A stretch of 64,000 nt of DNA from Chrysomallon squamiferum (GCA_012295275.1 CM022675.1:4712001-4776000); one strand, 5' to 3'; positions 29,177 through 43,704 are shown, numbered from the stretch's first letter. A program made the numbers and translations. Notes: generated by a model not told the origin, from the sequence alone.

Positions 29177-29980
29177 TTATTGACAACTGAATAATATGTA
29201 ATATTTTACTGAGATATTTGTATGTCGATATGTTTGTATATATGTAGGTATATTTGTTTTTACTCATACAATTTTTGAAATCTTTAACTTTAATTTATCC
29301 CCAGTCCACGTCGATTTTCTTACAACATTCAAGAATCAAGAATTACATTTAAAAAAAGAAACAATGAAATCTGCTTTGCTGAAGATTTACAACCTGGTCA
29401 CACAAATCCGATCTATGGGGTAACAACGACATCGACGTCGGCAGATTTCTCAAAACACGGCGGCACAGATACAACAAATACAACAACTCATTCATCTAAC
29501 ATCTACAACAACCCTGCTGGGGACGACGACAGTGATTACGAAACCTACGATATGAAAAAGGTAACAACAACGTCTGATGTCTACAGCCGGCTTGGTGTTG
29601 ACAATGACAGCGACTACGACAGCACAAGCAAAGAAAAGACAACTGCAACTTTATATGACGTCTACAGCCACCTTGTTGATTCTGAAGACTACGACACCAT
29701 GGACAAGAAATCTCCAACAGCAACAACAACATCAGAACTGTATAACCATCTTAACCAACCTGACAGCAACCTCTACGACATCGCTGATACCGGTAGTTCG
29801 GATTTACAACACCCCAGTCTGTGTAGAGTTATTGCCTCGTCTAACAATCAAATTCCTACTAGGAAATCAGAAATCTCTGATAACGTCCACGACAATTTCG
29901 ACAACAACGACAACGTTTCTGAAGGCAGTGAACATTTTTATTTTGTTCTGGAAAATTCTGATTTAAAAGAATGTCAGTAG
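23843..29980 (+). CDS. Receptor gene B: signal peptide + CTL-like domain with nested WSC domain + second CTL-like domain + S/T stalk + TM + Tyr-rich tail (~678 aa)
   Basis: Exons 23843-23909, 24719-24943 (TWWEAAYSGCEEAGGRLV..YWVGA..WMWT), 25031-25167 and 25405-25528 (NSAFSCFIKC..VGLQGRRCFC..C..CAG..EFCGGENFISVY, WSC pattern), 25869-26006 (NCGYVKY..FQSCENYENSVC), 26456-26677 (TWLLTSRVC..YWVGLQRRSEWRWVDG), 28043-28189, 28556-28780, 29021-29096 (TM), 29305-29980. Spliced length 2037 nt, uninterrupted frame, all GT-AG. Confidence 0.88.
27020..27840. mobile_element. Possible non-autonomous Helitron/HINE-like insertion with adjoining TG/TA-rich microsatellite in a gene B intron
   Basis: About 340 bp of higher-complexity sequence starting ttataataccc with an imperfect hairpin (ttggctataattgtagtcaa), followed by ~480 bp of degenerate (TGTA/TG)n. 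Family assignment is by resemblance only. Confidence 0.3.
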
Positions 29981-30039
29981 TAACTCGGTTGATATTTTGA
30001 TTCAAAATTCGTTCGATGTTAAGTGTCTCAAACCACATT

Positions 30040-30212
30040 TTATTATTATTATTATTATTATTATTATCATTATTATTATTATTATTATCATTATTATTTA
30101 TTATTATTATTATTATTATTATCATTATTATTATTATTATTATCATTATTATTATTATTATCATCATCATCATCATCATCATCATTATTATTATTATTAT
30201 TATTATTATTAC

Positions 30213-30288
<76 letters not shown>

Positions 30289-30302
30289 TAACTGTTGTTG
30301 AC

Positions 30303-30347
<45 letters not shown>

Positions 30348-30348
30348 T
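30040..30348. repeat. (ATT)n/(ATC)n microsatellite in gene B 3' UTR
   Basis: Direct observation. Confidence 0.95.
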
Positions 30349-33035
30349 AACTTTTGACAGTGTCCCATACAACAGCTTTTTTTTTTTTTTTTCCTGTTTT
30401 TTTTTTTGTTTTGTTGGTTTTTCCATGTATTTATTTATTTATTTTTAAATTTTATTATTTTATTTATATTCTTACTTTATTTATGTTGTCATTGTTGTTG
30501 TTGTTTTAAACTCAGTGCTAACTGTATCTCAGAGCACTTTTAATGTTTGCATTATTTCTTTTATTACTTTTACCTTTGTATTTTGTGTTTGAGTTTATCC
30601 TAAAATCTAAATGACCTTTTCGTCTGTGCGATTGTTTATTAACCTTATTTCTGTGACATGTGAAATCTGTTCTTACATTAACATTTTAAGTATTAATCTG
30701 TACTGGTGCAAAATTTGTCGCTTCAAGGAAGTGTTTTCTCAAATCCACGTTAACAGTTTGTCATATCACTTTCTTTTTTCTATTATTATTAGTTTTTATT
30801 ATTATTATGATTATTATTATAACATTAAAAAGTATATGTTATTCGAAATTCCTAAATCCTAAATTCGAGATTGTGAGGTGTTACAGTTTTCCGATAGATG
30901 TAGCGATCGCAAACTTTACTTTATTCACAAACTTATTATAAATATTATATAAAATACCTGAAGACTACCTTATATTTATGCATGTATATCTATGTATGTA
31001 TGTATGTGTGTATGTGTATATGTATATATGGATCTTTTGTGAGTGTATACATTTATTTGTTTGTATATATATTTATATATAGTAAAATTACTTAATAAAT
31101 GAAAAAAAAAACCATCAAATGTTGAAAAAAGTATATATCTTTACTTTACATTATTTTACATTATATATATAATCAACTAAGGATATTTAATATTCTATTT
31201 TAATAATCCTTCATATATGTTTTGCATTTTCTGTTTCGTACCCGATGTCTGTTTTATACTATTACTTTTAATATTAACCTAACTTTTTTTGTGATTCAGT
31301 AAACCTTGCGATTATTAAAACTGATCATATATTTTGACTTTCCAACGCTTGATTTAGTCTCTGTTTTAAGTCCGATTTGAATAAAAATTGAATAAAAGAA
31401 AAATTTTAAGTCTCATTTTTGTTTTTGTTGCACAAATGTTACCGTGTAGAAAATGGTTTAAGTTCAACTGAAAGTACTTTGGCATAGCGGTCATTTTGTT
31501 AGATTTCTCAGAACGTGTATCACTAACATCGTTCATACACTACTTGTTACGTTCACGAGGTTTTGTCTACGAGTTGTCTTCATGTAAACAGCCTCGACCA
31601 AACACAAATTAAATGTCTTAGTTTCATTTCTTTGTCCAGTATAAAAGGTTTTGTCACACGAAATTAGTAGAAAAACTTTGATTAAAAATTTCTGTCAAGT
31701 CTGTTAACTACTTTCCAGAGATAATCTTGCTTCAGAACAACCCTTTGAAGTTACAGATTTCCTCAAAACAGCAACTGGGTGCAAACGTCATCAAAAATAT
31801 TAAAACATTAAAAAATCCATAACTTTGTAACTATTTCACTAACATCAATGTACACACACACATACACACACAGACACACACACAGTCATGTTTATGTGTG
31901 TTAAATTAATTTACCATTTCAAGTCAAGATTTGGACATTTTAAAAGCTGATTTTTAAGAACACAGATTTACCACAGCTTGTTTTGTTTTTTTTCTTTTTT
32001 TTTTTCCATTAATTGAATTCGGGCCCAAACATTTCAAGCTGTACTAATTGATTACAACAAAGAAACAGCAAACTTTAACTAACAGCGTGACTAGAATCTC
32101 AAACCAGTATTATCAGTACTGTCACATATTCTGTGTATTATGATAATAATAATAATAATAATAATAACAATGTATTAATGATATTTATAAGAATGGGAGG
32201 GAAAAAGAAAGAACAAGAAATTTAAAATAAGAGATAGGAGATTATGACGAGTTGGTGACAACGATAGTTTGTAATTGCGTGTGTTTATGCTGTGCTATCT
32301 GTCAATCTGCGCTGTTTTAAGACTGCATATTTCACTAGAGACAGCAACTGAGCTGGTAAATTTTATTATGATTTGTGACAACCCACACGTGAATCTGAGG
32401 GAAACCTTTTTCGTCATTAAATTAATATAAAAAGTGTGGCCTAATGTACACTAACCTATAAATTAAATACAAACACGTTTTATGTTTAAAATCAAGGAGA
32501 TCCAGTGATAATGTCATAGGATACAACTAAATAAATAGACAAAGTCAACTTAAAAACCAAAAATATATAGAATTATTATTTTAGTACATTAGTTTTAATA
32601 CTAATGACAAGTTTAGTATCACTAGTCTACATGCACTGGAAGTGATGTTTACAGCTGGTCCCATAGTTCGGTCGAGTACGTTAATGGTACGTGCCAAGTA
32701 CGATACAGAATTTTAAAACTGCACTGGTGTTTAGCCTCATATTGTTCGTTCTCTCAGTAATCCTACGTGGTGATCCTGAAAATTAGCTTGGAAGAGGTGT
32801 TTATGAAAAGAAGCTGGCATCAGCTGTTTCTGTGAAAATTAGCTGGAATAAGCACAGCTAAGAAGACGCTGAAAGTGGGTATGTATCAGAAAATTAGCTG
32901 GGAATTGATGTATTTACGAAACTAAGCTTCAAATAGTGTGAAACCTAGCTGGGAATAGCCGTAAATAATAAAACATATGTTTTCAATAGGTGTTTTGTGA
33001 AAATAAGTTGGAAATATATGTGTATATGTATACGT

Positions 33036-33661
<626 letters not shown>

Positions 33662-33780
33662 GATTGCGCTTTTGGTGAACCCGATGACTGTGAAACATCA
33701 AAATATCGATATTAAAACTTTCAACTGCTTCGTCGAGGCCCTATTAGGGTACGGCTAAGGGCGCTACTGAGTGATATAAG

Positions 33781-33813
<33 letters not shown>

Positions 33814-34154
33814 GTTTACCGTCGTGGTGTGTTTGTATGTATCTATATACTTCATACAAGTTACACTAGAAAAACAGATGTATCACATATAATGATACCA
33901 TTACAAAATTATAAAAACAGTTTCTTCTGTAATCTGAGTCCATTCATTGACAAACTTTTATCGTGAGGCTGCTAGATATCTGGGCTGAACGTTTCAGTTG
34001 ACAAATTTTACCTACAATAGACTCGTGATCAGTTTTACATTCCTCTTTCTATTAATATCTGCTTCGTGGCTCATTTTAGCAAAACTCGGTTTTATATCGT
34101 CTTGGGGAAGAAGTTTCATAAATAAAAGTAAACACAAGAAAACAAAAAGAAATA

Positions 34155-35804
34155 ATGAATTTAGTAACAGCAGTGATTATATTAACGATCTACATTCAGG
34201 TTACAGGTGCAGAAGGACACAGTAAGTTTTTTTTATTTATTTGAATTAACTGCAGGTTGTACTTCGAATCTTTTCAAATATGTAAAAGACAACGAAACAA
34301 CATTTAAGATTTTAAATATAATTTAAGTTTTATTTATTGATTAAGGTAGAAAAGCAGAACTTTTTTTAAAAATCATGTCTAATGACAGTTTAAGTAATTT
34401 TAACATGAAATGCTCGTATCATACATAGTTAATAATAATAATAATAATAATAATAACAACAACAAAAACACAGCAGCAACATCAACAATTACAAGAACAA
34501 TATTTGAAAAGACTGGAAGTACAACGTACAGATAATTTAAGTAAGTTGGAAATATGTAGGTGTGTATCAAACTAAGTTCGGAATAGGTGAAAATCAATCG
34601 GGAATAGGTGCTGTCTGAAAATAAACTGTATTTATATGTTGTGTGTTTGTTTGTGGGTGTATCTAGATGTGTGTATTTATATACAAATACGTAAGTGTCT
34701 GTACATCCATGTATTTGTGTATGGATTTATGCATGTATTTATAAATGTATTTGTGTATGTATATGTTATGTATGTATGTATGTATGTATGTATGTATATG
34801 TTATGTATGTATGTATGCATTACATGTATGTATGTATGTTTGATTGTATGTATGTATGTATGTATGTTTGATTGTATGTATGTATGTATACAATTCATAC
34901 AAGTTACACTAGAAAAACAGACTTATCACTTCTAATGATATCATTACAAAATTACAAAAACAGTGTTTTCTGTAATCTGAGTCCATTCATTGATAAACTG
35001 ACATCGTGACGTTACTAGGTGTCTGGGCAAAGGTTTCAGTTGACAAATTTTACCTACAATAGATTCGTGACATATTTTTTCATTCCTCTTTCTATTAATA
35101 TCTACTTACTTCTTGGTTTTACCAAAACTCAGTTTTATATCGTCTTAGGTAAGACATTTCGTTAATAAAAATAAAGACAAGAAAACAAAAAGAAATAATG
35201 AATTTAGTAACAGCAGTGATTATATTAACGATCTACAATCAGGTTACAGGTGCAGAAGAACTAAGTAAGTTTCTTTTAATTTATTTAAATTAACTTTACG
35301 TTGTACTTCAAGTCTTTTCAAATATGTATAATATACGTTGTACTTCAAGTCTTTTCAAATATGTAAAATTTTAAATTTTATTTAAGTTTTATTTACTGAT
35401 TAATGATAGCATGTCTTAAAAAAGCAGGTAAAACATTACATAATAGCATAAACTAGTCGGTTAACTCTGTACAATACGAGAATTTAATGTCAAAATCCAT
35501 TATTGTACTTTGCTATGTTATGTTATTTCATATATAATGTTGTCATTTTATTTATATTACGTTATGTTAAGGTACGTTAGGTAATGTTGTATTTATAGTA
35601 AACAGTTTATTTTTATGTTATAACCTGCTAATTTATGTTATTATGTAATGTGTTACCTGTTATATTTAGACATGTGATATTAAGTCGAAACTAAGTTAAA
35701 TTGTATTACTTTTGTTATTAAACAATGCAGTTATTTAATTTTTGTCACTATCATTATTGTTGTTTGTTATTGTCATTACAATTTACTAAAAATTCATCAG
35801 ACAT

Positions 35805-35841
<37 letters not shown>

Positions 35842-38800
35842 TTCTACTTTTCTACATTAATCAATAAATAAAACTTAAATAAAATTTAAAATTTTAAATG
35901 TTGTCTCGTTGTCTTTTACATATTTGAAAAGTACCACGTACAGTTAATTTAAATAAGTTGGAAATATGTATATGTATATGAACTAAGTTATGAAAGGGTG
36001 AGAATCAACTGAGAATAGATGCTGAATGAAAATAAACTGAGTATGTCTTTATATTTTGTGTGTTCTTGTATGTAGGTCTGTTTAGCTGTATGTCTATATA
36101 CAAATATGTATACAGTATTTGTGTTTCGCTATTGTATTTGTTTATGGGTTTACGTTCTTTACCCCCCCCGCGAATCTATTATGAGATTATATACGGTACT
36201 AAATGCTTCCCAAACACTTTCTAAAGACACTCTTACTCATTAATACAGTAATAATGTAGTAATATTGCATGCAGTTATGTATTTCACTAATGTAGTAATG
36301 ATAATGTAAACGCATTTTAATTTTGTACTGAAACAATATTTTAATCAGAAAGAAACGTAAGTACAGGAGGACAGTAACACCGCATAGCATAGTTACCCAT
36401 ACAGTATTACTGTACCGTAAAGTCATTTTCTATGCGTACAACATATGTATTAGAATTGACAGAAAGTGGAACAAATTTAAAGGCAAACAGACAGATAAAT
36501 ACAGTACGCACAGTTCAGGTAATAATAATACAATTCAGTAATAATATGCAATTAATAACTTTATTAATACACGGTCACAAAAAATATGCACTGTACATAC
36601 AGTGTATGCATTTATAAAACAATACGTACTGTATTGCAATAATAATTGAAAAAATTTGATATTGTTTGTGCGGTTTACCGAGCATTTGTTTTTATGACGT
36701 TATGACGCTCGCCTGGTATACCAGCATACGATGCGATAGGGTTAAGAGCCTAACCCGCGAATATGCGGGGCCGCGAATGGGGAACCGCGAATAGGTGAGG
36801 GTATACTGTACATTTATCTGTATTTGTGTTTGGATTTATGCATGTATTTATTTATATATTTGTGTATATGTCATGTGCGCATGCATTATGTAAGTAAGTA
36901 TGTTTGATTGTATGTATGTATGTATGTATGTATGTATGCAGTTCAAACAAGTTACATTAGTAAAACAGACGTATCACTTCTAATTATACCGTTACAAAAT
37001 TACAAAAACAGACTCTTCTGTAATCTGAGTCCATTCATTGATAAACTGACATCGTGACGTTACTAGGTGTCTGGGCTAAGGTCTCAGTTCACTAATTTTA
37101 CCTACAATAGATTCGTGACATATTTTTTCATTCCTCTTTCTATTAATATCTACTTACTCGTCGGTTTTACCAAAACTCGGTTTTACATCGTCTTAAGTAA
37201 GACATTTCGTTAATAAAAATAAAGAGAAGAAAACAAAAAGAAATAATGAATTTAGTAACAGCAGTAATTATATTAACGATCTACAATCAGGTTACAGGTG
37301 CAGAAGGACTAAGTAAGTTTTTTTAATTTATTTAAATTAATTGTATGTTACACTTCAAGTCTTTTCAAATATGTATAAGGGAGGGGGGGCATAACTTAAA
37401 ATTTTAAATTTTATTTAAGTTTTATTTACTGATTAATGATAGCACGTCTTAAAAAAGCAGGTAAAACATTACATAATAGCATAAACTCGTCGGTTAATTC
37501 TGTACGATACGAGAATTTCATGTCAAAATCCATTATTATACTTTGCTATGTTATGTTATTTCATATATAATGTTGTCATTTTATTTATATTACGTTATGT
37601 TAAGGTACGTTAGGTAATGTTGTATTTATAGTAAACAGTTTATTTTTATGTTATAACCTGCTAATTTATGTTATTATGTAATGTGTTACCTGTTATATTA
37701 AGCAATGCTATCTTAAGTCGAAACTAAGTTAAATTGTATTACTTTTGTTATTAAACAATGCAGTTATTTAATTTTTGTCACTATCGTTATTGTTGTTTGT
37801 TATTATCATTACAATTTACTAAACATTCATCAGAAATGGGGGTTTTTGGGGGGTTTTTTATTTCTTTTAAAGTTCTGCTTTTCTACATTAATCACTAAAT
37901 AAAACTTAAATAAAATTTAAAATTTTAAATGTCTCGTTGTCTAAAACATATTTGAAAAGTACAACGTACAGTTAATTTAAATAAGTTGGAAATATGTATA
38001 TGTATATGAACTAAGTTATGAATAGGTGAGAATCAACTGAGAATAGATGCTGAATGAAAATAAACTGAGTATGTCTTTATATTTTGTGTGTTTTTGTATG
38101 TAGGTCTGTTTAGCTGTGTGTCTATATACTAATATGTATGTATTTATCTGTACATGCATGCATGCGTGTATTTGTGTTTGGATTTATACATGTATTTATT
38201 TATATATTTGTGTATGTATATGTCATGTATGCATGCATTATGTAAGTATCTTTGACTGTATGTATGTATGTATGTTTGTTTGTATATGTGTATGTATGTA
38301 TGCAATTCAAACAAGTTACATTAGTAAAACAGACGTATCACTTCTAATGATATCATTACAAAATTACAAAAACAGTGTTTTCTGTAATCTGAGTCCATTC
38401 ATTGATAAACTGATATCGTGACGTTACTAGGTGTCAGGGCTGAACGTTTCAGTTGACAAATTTTACCTACAATAGATTCGTGACATATTTTTTCATTCCT
38501 CTTTCTATTAATATCTACTTACTTCTTGGTTTTAGCAAAACTCAGTTTTACATCGTCTTAAGTAAGAAATTTCGTTAATAAAAATAAAGAGAAGAAAACA
38601 AAAAGAAATAATAAATTTAGTAACAGCAGTGATTATATTTACGATCTACAATCAGGTTACAGGTGCAGAAGGACTAAGTAAGTTTTTTATTTATTTAAAT
38701 GAACTTTACGTTGTACTTGAAGTCTTTTCAAAGATGCGGGTACTTAACTTAAAATTTTATTTTTTATTTACGTTTATTTGTATATTAATGTACGAACGCA

Positions 38801-39522
38801 GAACATTAAAAACAAATCATGATAGTGAGAAAATAAAACTTTAAGTTACAATTTCAACAAAAGATAGCATGTCTTAATATAAAACATTATATAATAGAAA
38901 ACCTAGCAGGTTAGAACATAAAATATAAAACTGCTATATTACCTAACATAATATAATATAAATAAAATGAAAACATTATATATAAAATATCATAACATAG
39001 TAAAATATAATATAACGACATAAATATCATACAATATTACAATATGATATAACATTATTAAAACACACCATAACATAAATATCTAATTATTTATAAATGT
39101 ATAAAACATGACAGCATAAATACGTGTACATTAATACAACATAAATAAAATACACATGGATGAGTGTATATGTTATTTTTGTTATATCGACATTTATTTT
39201 ATTTTATTTTTTACTTTTTTCTGATTTGCTTTATTTGATTGCAGAAAAACCAACAAACTTTACAGAAAAGGCATCATTAACAAGAACAGAATCCTCGACT
39301 ACTATAACGAACACGAAAAACACAAATTCGATATTTACAGCACCTAGAAATGATACTTCAGGGTCAACTTCTCATTCTCACTCAAGGGACACAGCTTCAC
39401 CTAACAGTAGCGCACAGGCTGACAATGGACACAGTACAGGTTAGTTTGTTAGTATTTATTAGTTTCTTCCTATTCAAACAGACCGTATACTTTAATTAAC
39501 ATAGTTCTAAACACTAAACTAT

Positions 39523-39556
<34 letters not shown>

Positions 39557-39741
39557 TGTAGTAGTAGTATTAGTATCATTATCTTCATCATCATCATCAT
39601 TATTATTAGTGTTGTTGTTATTGTTGCTGCTGTTGATTTCGTAGTTTTAATTTTTTTTTCTTCATCCTCCATTTTTTAGTAACATATTTTTCTCTCTTTA
39701 CATTTTCTTTCTTTTTTTCTATTTTATTATTATTTTTATTA

Positions 39742-39782
<41 letters not shown>

Positions 39783-41972
39783 GTTATATCGACATTTCTC
39801 CTCTTTTTTTTCTGATTTGTTTTACTTTATTGCAGATAAAAACACAAAATCTACAGAAAAGGAATCGTCAACAACAGCAGAAACCTCAACTACTACAACA
39901 AAGACGAAAAACCCAAATTCGATGTCTTCAGTACCACAGTTTACTACAGAGAACACGAGTCCAGTGTCAACTTCTCATTCTAACAAAAGGGACACAAATC
40001 CACCTAAAAGTAGCACACAATCTCACAACAAACATAATACAACGGGTTAGTTTGTTAGTATTTATTAGTTTCTTTGTATTCAAACAGACCGTATACTTTA
40101 ATTAACAGTAGTTCTAAACAGTGAATTATTAGTGTTGTTGTTGCTGCTGACTTTGCTGCTGTTGTATTCATTGTTGTTGTTTTAAATGTTTTTCTTCATC
40201 CTCCGTGTCTTCCTAACATAATTTCTTGTTTTTCTTTCTTCTTTTTTCTTCTTTTTTATTTATTAACTTATTTTTTTTTTTTACTTCTTTCTTTTTTATT
40301 GTTGTTGTTTTTTCATGACACCGACATCTCTCTCCTTTTTGTTTTTCAATTTGCTTTACTTTACTGCAGAAAAAAACACAAAACCGACAGCAAAGGTATC
40401 GTCAACAACAGCAAAATACTCGACTATTAAAAAGAAAATACCAAACTCGATGATTTCAGCACAACAGCACATGAGTCCAGTGTCAACTTCTCAGCCTAAA
40501 AATAGCGCACAGGCTGACAACAAACAAAATATACCAGGTTAGTTTGTTAGTATTTATTAGTTTCTTCATGTAAAACAGTAATAATAATAATAAAGACTCT
40601 ACATCGTCATTAGGACCTATGACAGAAAAGGACTATACTTCTTGTAATATACTGGTTCTAACCTGCATTATGCAGTAATTTTGTATTACTTCTATGACAG
40701 ATAATTAAATCTGTGCACTGTTAAATAAGTGTTCAGTTAGGATTAAAGATCTGTGTACTGTATCTAGCCTGTTTTATACAGTCATTATTGGATATCTGTC
40801 AAACCAAAAGCTCATCAAAGTTATAATTCTCATGGTGTTCATCCTTGAAAACTAACTTGATCCATAGCGCAGAATGCATTACCAAATAGGCACAACTTTC
40901 CCCAGGGTTAATTTTCAGAAGCACTGCACTTCCATAGTTACTAAAAGTTTGTGAAAGCACTTATACCTATACTATCAAAAGCTATCAATATATTAACATA
41001 TACATGAGGAATTCACAAACCAGTCTGCCAAATTTTCACTTTTTGCATTCGCAATGTTTTTATTTTTTATTTATTTATTTTTTTGTCTTAAGTATGTTTT
41101 TTTAATTAGGTAGGATAGGGAGTGGTGTTACTATGCACATAAAGATGACACCACTTTATTGATACCCTGCTCTCCCCTATCAAGGTTGGAAGACTTATTT
41201 TTCAATTTAGTTTAATGACATTTCAAAAACATTTTTTTTTTTTTAATAATTCTTGATGAAAAATTTAAATGTTGGCGTATTTTAAAAATTATAATAACCT
41301 TAACCCTAACTAACCCTAATCCTAAAACTTACCCTAACCGCAACCCTAAAATGTACGCTAACGCTAACCCTAAATCTAGAACTGAGCCTTGTATTTCAGT
41401 TAACAGAGGTACGTGTTTAGAAAGTATTATTATTTTGTTATCGTCAGTAATGGCGCCATATTGAAAGAAGAGGAAATGTGCGATTCGCCATTTGATTATT
41501 TAGCACGTGTTAAAAAATTGGATTTGATTTATTTAAGATGATAAGAAAAAGGATAAAATACATTGAAAAAAAAAAAAGATATTTTATTTAAATTACTTCA
41601 GGCTAGAAACGCTGGAACGTTCGGAACTCTTACCGTTTTCGGACCTAAAAATACTTACATAGTATATATAATATATATAAATATATAAATAAATAAATAC
41701 GAACAAGCCATGGCAGTAGACTGCCTGAATATTTATGTGTATAAAATTACAGATTTGTGTCCACAGTTTGGTAGGAAAAAACAAAAAAGAAAAATAATAA
41801 ATAAGATGATGAAATATAAAAACAAAATAGGAAAATTTCTTTCTTTCTTCTTTCCCCCATAGAACAATTATTTCTAATTCCTAGAAGTATGTATTTTATT
41901 TAGCCACAAATTTATTTTTGTTAATTTTCTGTAATTACATTAATTAAAAGTACAAATAAAATCATAAATTAT

Positions 41973-42066
<94 letters not shown>

Positions 42067-43272
42067 GTGTGTTGTGTGTGTGTGTGTGTGTGTGTGTTTA
42101 ATGTCTCTAATCTTGTTTTTCAATTTCTATAATTTTGTAGCACTTGCTGGTGGTGTTGCTGCTGTTGTAGTAGTGTTGGTTGTTGGAGTTTTGATTTTAC
42201 TGTGGACTAAACGGTACGTTTGTTCATTTAAAAAATAAAATTAAATAGAATTAAATAAATAAACAATAATTATAATAATAATATTGACAAATGAATAATA
42301 TGAAACATTCCACTGAATGAATATATTACAGAATATACAGAATTTATTTATTTATTTATTATATATTATTATAATATTTATTATTTTATTATTATTATTA
42401 TTTTTTTTATTTATTTATTATTATTATTATTATTATTTTCCAGAACACGTCGATTTTGTTTTAAAACTCAGAAGTTACCAGAATCAAGAATTAATTTTAA
42501 CAAAAGAAGCAATGAAATCAGCTCTGCTGAAGATCTACAACGTGGTCACACAAATCCGAGTTATGAGGTAACAACGACATCGACGTCGGCAGATTATGAA
42601 TTTGAATCAGAAAATCAAGGAAGCCACAATGTTTACTACAGCATCCTCAACGAAGTTACTGTCAGTGTGGAAAACAGAAATGATAAAACAATGCATATCA
42701 AAACTACAGCTACTACAACGCCTGAAACAGACAATCAGCTCTCAGGCAGAGATAACGGAGACTACAACAACACAGATACAACAAACACAATAACTCATAC
42801 ATCTACCAACTACAACCACCTTGCTGGGGACAATGATGGTGACTACGATACATGTGATAAGAAAAAGAAAACAGCCACGTCTGATCTCTACAACCGGCTT
42901 GATGTCGACAATGACAGTGACTACGACAGCACAAATAAAGAAAAAACAACTGCAACTGTATCTGACGTCTACAGCCACCTCGTTGATTCAGAAGACTACA
43001 ACACCATGGACAGGAAACCTCCAACAGCAACAACAACATCAGAACTGTATAACCATCTTAACCAAGCTGACAGCAACCGCTACGACATCGCTGATACCGA
43101 TACTTCGAATTTCCCATACCCCAGTCTGTATAGAGTAATTGCTTCGCCTAACAATCAAATTCCCACTAGGAAATCAGAAATCTCTGATAACGTCCGCGAC
43201 AATTCCGACAACAACGACAACGTTTCTGAAGGCAGTGGAAATTTGTATTTTGTTCTGGAAAATTCTGATTGA
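34155..43272 (+). CDS. Receptor gene C: alternative signal-peptide exons + 3 S/T stalk exons + TM + Tyr-rich tail (~513 aa)
   Basis: First-exon copies 34155-34221, 35198-35264, 37246-37312 (ATG intact) and 38611-38677 (ATG>ATA). Stalk exons 39245-39439, 39836-40045, 40370-40537, all paralogous to gene B exon 28556-28780. TM 42141-42213 ([25 protein letters not shown]). Last exon 42444-43272, in frame with ORF 42667-43272. Confidence 0.8.
35470..35957 (-). repeat. Inverted copy of intron-1 sequence
   Basis: Reverse complement matches the intron-1 starts at 3630-4130 and 34235-34385; second copy at ~37500-37987 and a short remnant at ~34500-34545. Confidence 0.85.
36113..36808. mobile_element. 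Pogo/Tigger-like MITE, copy 2
   Basis: Same family as 22657-23356 and TA-flanked; the duplicated unit at ~38130 shows the empty site. Confidence 0.78.
38611..38677 (+). pseudogene. First-exon copy with lost start codon
   Basis: gaaataATAaatttagta versus gaaataATGaatttagta in the five other copies; donor A|gtaagt intact. Confidence 0.75.
40601..41975. mobile_element. ~1.4-kb insertion in gene C stalk-TM intron, containing degenerate (TAACCC)n at ~41295-41375
   Basis: The homologous gene B intron is only 240 bp, with aataaagact running straight into (CT)n; here foreign sequence separates the two. No element family recognised. Confidence 0.45.
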
Positions 43273-43672
43273 AAAGAATCTCAGTAGTAACTCGATCGAT
43301 ATTTAGATGCAAAATTTGTCGTCTGCTACGAAGTTTTATTTTCAAATCCATATTAACAGTGCCTCTTACCACACTTCGTTCTTTATTTTTATTTTTATTT
43401 TTTATTTATTTTTTGGGAGTGGGGTTGTGATGTTCGTGGTGTTTGTTGGCTTGATTTATTGTTGATTTTTGGAGAGGTTTGGGTGGGAGTTTAAATACAT
43501 GTTAACAGTGTCTCATACCACAGTTTATTTATTTATTTATTTATTTGTATTTATACATTAATTTTTTTTTTTTTTTTTTTTTATTTATTTTTTTTTTTTT
43601 TATTTTTTTTTTTTTGATCTCATCTTGGCTGTTTCAAACCACAGTTGGGGGATTAAGGGGGGTTATTTATTT

Positions 43673-43704
<32 letters not shown>

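Noticed and set aside
29859-30350. Poly-I/Y/L/N ORFs (also 24109-24446, 54060-54369, 55321-55530, 60460-60642)
   Set aside because: Trinucleotide microsatellites.
41295-41375. True telomere or chromosome fusion site
   Set aside because: Short, degenerate, single orientation and inside an intronic insertion.
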